The notes beneath the pieces were generated by a model. The model was given only the letters and a program-made list of their open reading frames with translations. It was not told the DNA's origin and searched no databases. The position numbers and the translations under genes are program-made. This document shows, one piece after another, positions 1-6,641 of a stretch of DNA of 15,652 nt. The first letter of the stretch is position 1. Each line of letters starts with the position of its first letter. The DNA is from Tolypothrix carrinoi HA7290-LM1 (lineage in GTDB: Bacteria; Cyanobacteriota; Cyanobacteriia; Cyanobacteriales; Nostocaceae). The DNA is taken from contig JAHHIK010000154.1 of assembly GCA_019358935.1 (NCBI GenBank), positions 1 through 15,652 of the forward strand, read 5' to 3'.

Positions 1-122
1 AATTGAAGACTTGCTTGATACTTTGCCGGAACCACTAAAAGAAAATATCACGGCGCTTGGTTAACCCTGCATCGTAGCTTTCATCCCCTGGCTAAAGCCA
101 AGGGGTTTTCAGCATACCTCTT
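1..122 (-). mobile_element. Left end of an IS200/IS605-family element (continues beyond window start)
   Basis: Minus strand reads TTAT|AAGAGGTATGCTG-AAAA-CCCCTTGGCTTTAGCCAGGGG: target tetramer TTAT (126-123), imperfect subterminal hairpin (85-105) and AAAA guide (109-106) directly 5' of it. NB-ARC-like sequence stops abruptly at this junction. Confidence 0.8.
2..64 (+). CDS. 3' end of a small protein inside the IS (IEDLLDTLPEPLKENITALG*), possibly a ribbon-helix-helix-type accessory protein; 5'-truncated by window
   Basis: Open frame from base 2 to TAA at 62-64, ending just before the IS hairpin. IEDLLDTLP resembles the C-terminal helix of small RHH-like proteins I recall from cyanobacterial IS605-type elements. 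Only 20 codons are visible. Confidence 0.45.
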   Translation: MEDLLDTLPEPLKENITALG

Positions 123-491
123 ATAACGTTTTTGCTGGAGAGTTTGACAAATTGCAATAATTAACTCATCCTCATCTTTGGGTGTTGGTTTTCCCAATTC
201 ATCCAACAACCAACCACCCCAAACCGCAAAAGAATAATTTAGGGAAAATGTCGTCCACAGCACTTGTTCAAAGCCTTGTGCTGCTTCGCACACCTTCGCT
301 ATCAGTGAAGACTTGCCAAAACCCCCTGCTGCCGTCACACCAATTAGGCGAACCTTTTGAGATTGTAGCAATTGTTGTATCTCAGCCAGTTCTTTCTCTC
401 GTCCTTGCCAATGGCTGGTATCAGGCAGAAGCGAGTTAAGAAAAGAACTAAGGGCAGTTGACTTTATCCGTTGCCCTACGGACGACTCCAG
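123..491 (-). pseudogene. N-terminal part of an NB-ARC/STAND NTPase (NLR-like), in frame with the upstream ORF and interrupted by the IS200/IS605 end
   Basis: Frame is open from 491: LESSVGQRIKSTALSSFLNSLLPDTSHWQGREKELAEIQQLLQSQKVRLIGVTAAGGFGKSSLIAKV...LQQKRY. It has the GRExEL motif, a P-loop (AAGGFGKS) and the KRY that normally precedes Walker B (LLVLD), which is replaced by IS sequence. The ORF-track start (TTG 371) lies downstream of the GRE motif. Confidence 0.85.
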
Positions 492-495
492 TCAA
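451..495 (-). other. Predicted RNA pseudoknot 8 nt downstream of the in-frame TGA (candidate readthrough stimulator)
   Basis: TGA(494-492)-CTGGAGTC-GTCCGT(483-478)-AGGGCA(477-472)-ACGGAT(471-466)-AAAGTCAAC-TGCCCT(456-451). Stem 1 is GTCCGT/ACGGAT (one G-U pair); loop AGGGCA is complementary to TGCCCT; TTGACT(495-490) can also pair with AGTCAA(463-458). Confidence 0.6.
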
Positions 496-935
496 TCTTT
501 TGGCGGAGTGCCATAATAGTTATGGGTATCCCCAAACTGATTGGTATTGTTATCACCCATTTTAGTTTGATAACCCTTACCACCGTAAATATTCTGAGTT
601 TGGCTGCTATTATCTTCAACTCGGTTAATATTGATTTCATGAGCGATCGCTCGAATTTCCGCAGCAAATTCGGGATCTTCTTTCATTTCATCTTCTAAAT
701 ATATCGCCAATCGCTGCAAATCTTCCTCGGAACCTTTTTCAACCGCAGCTACAGCACCGATAGCCCTACTATTTCCCCGTAGCTTATCTAATATTTTGTT
801 ACGCAGTTCGTCCATTTTCGTCAGCGCTGTCTCGGTAAATTTTTCACCCAACTTACCCACGCTGGACTCAAAGAACTTTTTGAAGGCGAATTTGGCTATT
901 GCTAGCGCTGTAATGGTGGTTACGGGGTCAACCAT
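492..935 (-). CDS. ~147-aa helical protein with C-terminal amyloid-like motif (Bell-like domain plus BASS/RHIM-like motif), putative NLR-associated effector
   Basis: ATG at 935 preceded by GAGGA. N-terminal hydrophobic/amphipathic helix (MVDPVTTITALAIAKFAFKKFF), charged helical body, and a tail SQTQNIYGGKGYQTKMGDNNTNQFGDTHNYYG rich in N/Q/G/T/Y. Directly upstream of an NB-ARC frame. The CDS is well supported; the family call is less certain. Confidence 0.75.
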   Translation of the reverse strand: MVDPVTTITALAIAKFAFKKFFESSVGKLGEKFTETALTKMDELRNKILDKLRGNSRAIGAVAAVEKGSEEDLQRLAIYLEDEMKEDPEFAAEIRAIAHEININRVEDNSSQTQNIYGGKGYQTKMGDNNTNQFGDTHNYYGTPPKD

Positions 936-1061
936 CTGTAAATTCCTCAAGACTTAGTTTGAGTTTATAACTGTTTATAGGTGTAATACAGTCTTGAGTG
1001 GCGATATTCCCTAAACTTTTTAGAATTGGGAAGGGAAAAGAAGCAGACAGGATGCATAAAA

Positions 1062-1266
1062 AACACAAGTTCGTTGGTTCAGAACACAAGTTCGTTGGTT
1101 CAGAACACAAGTTCGTTGGTTCAGAACGCAAGTCCGTTGGTTCAGAACACAAGTGTTTTGGTTCACAACGCAAGTTCGTTGGTTCAGAACACAAGTGTTT
1201 TGGTTCAGAACACAAGTGTTTTGGTTCAGAACACAAGCGTGTTGGTTCACAACGCAAGTCAATTGG
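1062..1266. repeat. 21-bp tandem repeat, 9 full units plus a partial unit (consensus about AACACAAGTTCGTTGGTTCAG)
   Basis: Units start at 1062, 1083, 1104, 1125, 1146, 1167, 1188, 1209, 1230 and 1251 (partial). No spacers between units. Confidence 0.97.
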
Positions 1267-1273
1267 CAACGAA

Positions 1274-1360
1274 ATCAATTATCGCTTGGCGATCGCCTAA
1301 CGACACTTCCTTATCATCTTCCCGCGTCATCACCACCGTTGCCCCTCGTTTTACCAACTC
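1274..1360 (-). pseudogene. Short internal fragment of an N-acetylmuramoyl-L-alanine amidase (Amidase_3) gene
   Basis: Translates as ELVKRGATVVMTREDDKEVSLGDRQAIID, matching the Amidase_3 pattern L..G..V.MTR..D..VSL..R. Similarity is lost on both sides, and a stop follows at 1261-1259. Confidence 0.75.
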
Positions 1361-1407
1361 AGTGTTTCCCCTTGGGGAATTACATAAGGCAGACAATGAC
1401 CATTAAA

Positions 1408-2250
1408 CTAATAAACTAAAGTTTGAACAGGTGGGTGTATTTTGCAATAAGTTAACTCTCCAGCACTCCAAGAATCGTATTTTTGGGAAGATATAGCTTT
1501 GAAGAAAACCTCTTCGCATTCCTTTCCATGAAGTTCAATAGCAATGTAGTTAACTTTGTTTAACCATTCCTGGTAATTACACGAAAAAACTGACAATTCT
1601 GCTTTTTCAATATCAACTTTGAGAATATCAACTTTATCAATCTTAAACTGTTCAAATACACTCTGGATGTCTATAGCATTCAAGTCCGGAGTTTCTCCTT
1701 CTTTGCAAGGTCTTACTTCAATCCCCCACTCTCCATTATCTTGTAATGGTCTATCAACAACCAATCCAACTTTACTAGACCAAACAGCTGATTTGAGCAG
1801 ATTGGCACGTTTGCCGTAAGGAGCAAGATTTAGAGAGCAAAGCTCAAAGTTATCAGGATCGGGTTCAATAACAATGATACGAGCTTGGGGATATTTGTTC
1901 AAGAAATAGACAGCAGAATAACCTACATTGGCTCCACAGTCAACAATCCAGTTGACATTCTCAATGTTTCCCACTCCAGAATACTCTTCCTCAATAAAAA
2001 TCTGATTAAATACCCAACTATCACTCGTTCCATAGCGACAATAAACTGGATATTGAAGCGTTTTTACAGATAAATGAAGTTTCTTACCTTTGATGTTAAT
2101 TCCCAGTCGAGAAAGAAAGGGGTAAAACAAAGATTTTAATTTGTAGGTAATTGCTTGCCAAATTCCTATCTTTTCACATGCTTTGAAAAAGAATTCACCT
2201 AATGATTTACTTTTAATCTGCTGAGTTTTTGGCTGTTCAATTGGGTTCAT
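1408..2250 (-). CDS. FkbM-family SAM-dependent methyltransferase
   Basis: 280 aa with IVDCGANVG, IEPDPDNF, ILKVDIEKAE and IAIELH motifs; AAGGA upstream of the ATG. Confidence 0.92.
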   Translation of the reverse strand: MNPIEQPKTQQIKSKSLGEFFFKACEKIGIWQAITYKLKSLFYPFLSRLGINIKGKKLHLSVKTLQYPVYCRYGTSDSWVFNQIFIEEEYSGVGNIENVNWIVDCGANVGYSAVYFLNKYPQARIIVIEPDPDNFELCSLNLAPYGKRANLLKSAVWSSKVGLVVDRPLQDNGEWGIEVRPCKEGETPDLNAIDIQSVFEQFKIDKVDILKVDIEKAELSVFSCNYQEWLNKVNYIAIELHGKECEEVFFKAISSQKYDSWSAGELTYCKIHPPVQTLVY

Positions 2251-2272
2251 ATATTTCCTTAAATTCTGGATA

Positions 2273-2322
2273 TTTAAACGCAGAGTAATACAGAGGTAAG
2301 CGCTGAGGTACGCAAAGTTTTT
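2273..2322. repeat. Intergenic short dispersed repeat, copy A
   Basis: 42/50 ungapped identity to 9341-9390; built from ACGC(A/T)GAGGT-like subunits. Confidence 0.8.
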
Positions 2323-2340
2323 ATTTAGTCCTTGGTCTAA

Positions 2341-4500
2341 TTATTTTGCCCAAGGCATTGGTTCAATTGGCTCAAATGAGGTTGTCATTTTATAAGTGCA
2401 ATTTGTTTCTAAAGCGTTATGTATGGCAAGTACAAGTTCGTTGTTGTGCAGAGAAAATTCTGCTGAAAGTCGGGGAGAACGTTGTTGTGCGATCGCTGAT
2501 GCCATTTCTGCTACACCTCGGCAAAAATCCATTTTGTGAGCTCCTCTATATCCCAATCGCGGGGCTTTTTTTGCTAGGGGTAATGATTGCTTCCAAATGC
2601 CTTCCCAGCGCTTGTAACCGATGTTTATACTGCGTCTGATATAAACTTGCGCTCCATAAAACCAAGCGTCATCAATGCCCAGCACGCCTTCATCACCGAT
2701 AATTTTTAATGAGTGGTCATGAGGTGCAATAATACTGCATGTCAGCCTTGCAACTACGCCTGAGGCGAACTTGATGCAAGCTACGGAAAAGTCGGGAGCG
2801 TTAATATCTAATTTGACATCGGTTTCTTTATCTGGTATAATGCATGAGGAAAATGCACTGACGATTTCCGCTGGTCCAAAGAATGCAGTCAGCCAGGTGA
2901 CATAGTAACCTGCATGTTCTAAAGTGCATCCAACTTCAAATTCGTCTTTATAGGGCCAAGGTGTGCCTGATTCATTTAACCATTTGCTGTATGGCATTTT
3001 GTGGACAAGTCCATCGTCCATTTCTGCATAAACAAGTCGAACTTTACCAATTTGATTTTCTCGCAAAGCTTTCCACACGGTTTGTGCTGTTTCGCTCAAC
3101 AAGCTGCATGGTGCGGAAGAAAGATATAAACCGCGCTGTTTAGCTAAGTTGACGAGTTCGTGTGCTTGTGACATCTCCATTGCTAAAGGTTTCTCAGAAT
3201 AAACGTGTTTACCTGCTTCTAAACAAGCTTTGGAAACTGCATAATGGCTGCTAGGATTTGTCAGATTTAAGACGATATCAACTTTTGGGTCTTTGAGAAT
3301 TTCCTCAAGGGAATCATAAATATGGGGAACGTTATAAAAGGCAGCAAATTTAGATGAGCGATCGCTAATTCGATCCATTACTCCCACTAGTTCTAATTGC
3401 GGATGAAGTGGTAATGTTTGCAAATAATAATCTGCAACAAAACCACTACCCACAATCGCAATATATTTCTTCTCTTTTGCGGAAACTGCGGAAGTAAAAT
3501 TATTTGAATTTGCGCTTTTATACTCAACTATAGTGCGCTGTTTATTTAACAACCGAGAAACGTGAAATTTAATTTGACCTTGTAGTTGTGGGAATTTGTC
3601 CAACGCACAAAACACAGAATAGGAAATTGCATCTCTAGATTTATATCCGCGTTGTCGCCAATACCGATACATGCGGTAAATTAACAACGTATAAGCGATT
3701 ATCAATAGTAAAATGCTGAATCCCCAAGTAAACCAAGCGGTAGCGATCGCTAACAAAGGTAAAAGCAAACCCCATAACCAAATACTGCGACTTTCTTTTA
3801 CCCAATGTTTTTCTGGGGTGGAACCGTGTAACCACGCACCTTCAGCATAAGCGTGACCACCACGAAGCGATCGCTTCCACCACTGACTCAAGCGAGTAAT
3901 TTGAGCATCGTGCAATGTCATCTCGGCATCGATCCGCAAAACCTTCCCACCTGCTTGACGCAACCGCACGCACAGTTCTGGCTCTTCACCAGCAATTAAA
4001 GTTGAATTGAACCCCCCAACCTTTTTGAATGCCTCCACGCGCATCATAGCGTCGCCTCCACAAGCTTTCGCCTCACCAACGGGAGTATCCCATTCCATGT
4101 TGCAAAAGCGATTATAAATCGAGTTAGCTGGAAATTCTTCCCGCCGCCGACCACACACTACTACAACGTCAGGATGGGCAATTAATTCATCTACGGCACG
4201 TTTCAACCAGTTTTCAACTACGCGACAGTCCCCATCGACAAATTGAACAAATTCAATGCTTGGTTCAAGTTCTAATAGAGCTGCAAATCCGGCATTTCTC
4301 GCACGAGCGGCAGTAAAGGGAACTGATAAATCAAGCTTGACTACATGGACACCGAAGGATTTTGCTAGCTCGACACTATTATCTGTGGAGCCAGAGTCAA
4401 CATAAACAATTGCTCTACCTTCACCTACTACTGAAAGCAAGCAATTTTTGAGACGATTTCCTTCATTGCGTCCAATAACAACTACTCCAATTTGATGCAT
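2341..4500 (-). CDS. Fusion of a family 2 glycosyltransferase (N-terminal) and a Gfo/Idh/MocA oxidoreductase (C-terminal)
   Basis: 719 aa. GT2 motifs VIGRNEG, YVDSGSTD, FVDGD and GEEPEL, then TM helices and ...IVEYK. After a linker: Rossmann IAIVGSGFVA, NLTNPSSH and HVYSEKPLA. GGAG RBS before ATG 4500. Confidence 0.92.
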   Translation of the reverse strand: MHQIGVVVIGRNEGNRLKNCLLSVVGEGRAIVYVDSGSTDNSVELAKSFGVHVVKLDLSVPFTAARARNAGFAALLELEPSIEFVQFVDGDCRVVENWLKRAVDELIAHPDVVVVCGRRREEFPANSIYNRFCNMEWDTPVGEAKACGGDAMMRVEAFKKVGGFNSTLIAGEEPELCVRLRQAGGKVLRIDAEMTLHDAQITRLSQWWKRSLRGGHAYAEGAWLHGSTPEKHWVKESRSIWLWGLLLPLLAIATAWFTWGFSILLLIIAYTLLIYRMYRYWRQRGYKSRDAISYSVFCALDKFPQLQGQIKFHVSRLLNKQRTIVEYKSANSNNFTSAVSAKEKKYIAIVGSGFVADYYLQTLPLHPQLELVGVMDRISDRSSKFAAFYNVPHIYDSLEEILKDPKVDIVLNLTNPSSHYAVSKACLEAGKHVYSEKPLAMEMSQAHELVNLAKQRGLYLSSAPCSLLSETAQTVWKALRENQIGKVRLVYAEMDDGLVHKMPYSKWLNESGTPWPYKDEFEVGCTLEHAGYYVTWLTAFFGPAEIVSAFSSCIIPDKETDVKLDINAPDFSVACIKFASGVVARLTCSIIAPHDHSLKIIGDEGVLGIDDAWFYGAQVYIRRSINIGYKRWEGIWKQSLPLAKKAPRLGYRGAHKMDFCRGVAEMASAIAQQRSPRLSAEFSLHNNELVLAIHNALETNCTYKMTTSFEPIEPMPWAK

Positions 4501-4543
4501 GTTTATCTCCGTAGCGAATTTAAAAATGTAGAATTAGATTCGG

Positions 4544-5194
4544 TCAGGCAGATGGAAACGGTCGATAAACAGCGTAGGATTTTTCTAATAAGAGCTTTCG
4601 CTCAATGTAAAGGCTGGAATCTGGAAATAGTTCAGTCATCTGCTTTCGAGAAATTACTGTTGTGCCTTTTACCATTTCTGTCCAAACTGGTAACTTTTTC
4701 TCCCAAGAGCGGTGCAGACTTTCGCGCACAGATTGCGGTAAATTCCAGTAGAATAATACACCGCTGTGGGGTTCGAGGGGCCAGCGATCGCTTGGAGTTT
4801 GTACCCAGTAACCTTGACCTAATCGACGCACTTCAGCGGCAAAAGCAGCTTGCTTTTCTTCGTTGCCTACGTGTTCAATTACAGAGTTGCTAAACACAAT
4901 ATCAAAGGATTTATCTGCGAAGGTATTTGATAAATTAGTGGCATCACCTTCAACAAAGGTAAAATCGCCAATTTTCCCGGTAGTTGTATAGGAACCTGGT
5001 AGGTTAACTAAGGTTATATCAAAGTCATGGTCGAACCACTTCCACATATTTGGGAATCCACCCAAGTCAATAATTCTAGCTTTTTTTGGAGGCTTGACCA
5101 GATCCAGAAATTGTTTCATTCGTTCTGTTCGCCAACTTTTACCGAAGGAATTGTCTTTAACCCAAATTGATGCTTTGGCATAAGCTATATGCAT
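4544..5194 (-). CDS. Class I SAM-dependent methyltransferase
   Basis: 216 aa with IIDLGG, VEGDAT and FDIVFSNSVIEHVG motifs; GAGG upstream. Confidence 0.88.
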   Translation of the reverse strand: MHIAYAKASIWVKDNSFGKSWRTERMKQFLDLVKPPKKARIIDLGGFPNMWKWFDHDFDITLVNLPGSYTTTGKIGDFTFVEGDATNLSNTFADKSFDIVFSNSVIEHVGNEEKQAAFAAEVRRLGQGYWVQTPSDRWPLEPHSGVLFYWNLPQSVRESLHRSWEKKLPVWTEMVKGTTVISRKQMTELFPDSSLYIERKLLLEKSYAVYRPFPSA

Positions 5195-5271
5195 TTGAAA
5201 AACCTCTCTTATGTAGATTCAATTGATATTAATAATTTTTGTGGCAGATGAGTTTTGATATTTTTTTGAGA

Positions 5272-5309
5272 ACGAACCGCGACCGACGCAAAGAGCGCAG
5301 AGAGAAGAG
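5272..5309. repeat. Intergenic short repeat element (ACGCAAAG/GCGCAGAG subunits ending GAAGAG)
   Basis: ACGAACCGCGACCGACGCAAAGAGCGCAGAGAGAAGAG; similar to the reverse complement of 10155-10192. Confidence 0.55.
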
Positions 5310-5361
5310 TAAAAGAGAGTTATTACGAATGATTGGTTAGATTGCAGATAATTTATTAGTT

Positions 5362-6600
5362 TTATCCGGAGTTCAATTTTTTATGTGGTTTCTTTGGCAT
5401 TGCTGAGAGAGCAGTAGTGATGTACATGACAAAATAAATGTTAGCTAATCTGCTAAAATAACTTTCCATCATATTATTTAATGTCAAAAATAATAATACA
5501 GCTAGGGGCCAATAGTCTTCGGGATTTTTCGACCCATAAGCAAATTTTAGAGCGCGATTATAAACAAGAATAAAGCTAATTATAAAAAGCGATAAACCGA
5601 TAAGACCGCTATCAAGAATTAAATCAATGTAGCCGTTATGAGCATGAGGTGGAAGATAGCCTTCTGATACTGCTTGACCGGCAGCGATCGCAAACTTACT
5701 ACCCTTTGCCCAAAATGCACCGCGTCCAAATCCCAGCCAAGGTCGCTCTTCTAATTGAGTGAATATAAAATGCCACATGGGTAAACGTCCTGTCAAAGTG
5801 ACATCTTTTCCCAAGCCACTTAAAATAGATACCCAGAAAGTTAAAACTATTGTTGAAATAGATCCAAGAATTAAAATTCCAATATCTAAATAAACTAAGC
5901 TAATTTTTCCTCGCCAACGATAGTTACGATAAAAGTATAAAATAAATATAATAATTAAAGAAATAATTAAAGAAGTTTTGGAATTTGATAGCGGTATCAT
6001 CGATATAGATAGCAAAAATAAACCCCATTTATATAGGCGTTGTTTTTGATTTTCGCACTTGAGTAAATAAAATGCTAAAGAACTTAAAACCATCATACTG
6101 CCAAAAGTATTTTTATAATCATAAATTCCTTTCCATACTCCTGGGTGGTCGTAAATATGCTTGCCTATAGTTGGGTATCGAAAGACAACAAATATACTAA
6201 AAATAACTCCTAAAGCTAAAGTTGTAGCCACAAGTTTTAATTGCTGTTTCACGCTATAACTGGTAGCAAAATATAAGCCAAATGTTAGCATTTGCCATAT
6301 TTCCTGCATATTTTTGAGGGTGAAGTCTGGATACTCAGACCAAACATAGGATGTTAATATTATTAATACCAACATCAAGATAAATACGTCACGAGTGATT
6401 GCGACTAAGGCTTTCTTCCAGCGGACGCAAATTAAAAAGGCGGAAATTGCCCAAACAGAATATCTAATCGCTGTCACAAAAACTACCGGAAGTAAGCCGG
6501 GAGCATCTCCGTTTCTACCAACATCAAAGCCTCTGGTAAAAAAAGTTAAACTTATAATTACAAATATTTGTTCAGCTAGTTCTAAATATTTTCTTTTCAT
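5362..6600 (-). CDS. O-antigen ligase / Wzy-family polysaccharide polymerase
   Basis: Multi-TM protein with WKGIYDYKN, SNSKTS, TLTGRLPMW, PWLGFG and HAHNGYID motifs. ATG at 6600 preferred over TTG at 6609. Confidence 0.9.
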   Translation of the reverse strand: MKRKYLELAEQIFVIISLTFFTRGFDVGRNGDAPGLLPVVFVTAIRYSVWAISAFLICVRWKKALVAITRDVFILMLVLIILTSYVWSEYPDFTLKNMQEIWQMLTFGLYFATSYSVKQQLKLVATTLALGVIFSIFVVFRYPTIGKHIYDHPGVWKGIYDYKNTFGSMMVLSSLAFYLLKCENQKQRLYKWGLFLLSISMIPLSNSKTSLIISLIIIFILYFYRNYRWRGKISLVYLDIGILILGSISTIVLTFWVSILSGLGKDVTLTGRLPMWHFIFTQLEERPWLGFGRGAFWAKGSKFAIAAGQAVSEGYLPPHAHNGYIDLILDSGLIGLSLFIISFILVYNRALKFAYGSKNPEDYWPLAVLLFLTLNNMMESYFSRLANIYFVMYITTALSAMPKKPHKKLNSG

Positions 6601-6641
6601 AATAATCAACTAATAATTTCTGGGACTTGATTAGCCCAAGT

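Noticed and set aside
85..105. Rho-independent terminator as the primary identity of the hairpin
   Set aside because: It is followed by TTTT on + and might terminate the small ORF, but the bulged stem, guide/target match and position at the NB-ARC break fit an IS200/IS605 end better.
81..371. 96-aa ORF as a complete protein
   Set aside because: The start omits the conserved GRE motif, and the tail KRYAENPLALARG is translated IS-end sequence.
451..494. Selenocysteine UGA with a SECIS hairpin
   Set aside because: The position is an interdomain linker rather than a redox site, the structure does not resemble a SelB-binding hairpin, and cyanobacteria generally lack the Sec machinery.
448..510. 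Programmed frameshift linking effector and NB-ARC
   Set aside because: The NB-ARC is in frame 0, both shifted frames hit TAG within 50 nt, and there is no canonical slippery heptamer.
1062..1266. CRISPR array
   Set aside because: Units are directly adjacent with no unique spacers, and no cas genes are in the window.
1366..1379. Terminator for the EPS cluster (TTCCCCTTGGGGAA)
   Set aside because: The stem is only 5-6 bp and there is no U-tract on the minus strand; too weak to call.
928..1419. Five ORF-track ORFs overlapping the tandem repeat as real genes
   Set aside because: They are mutually overlapping frames kept open by a stop-poor 21-bp unit, with no recognisable domains.
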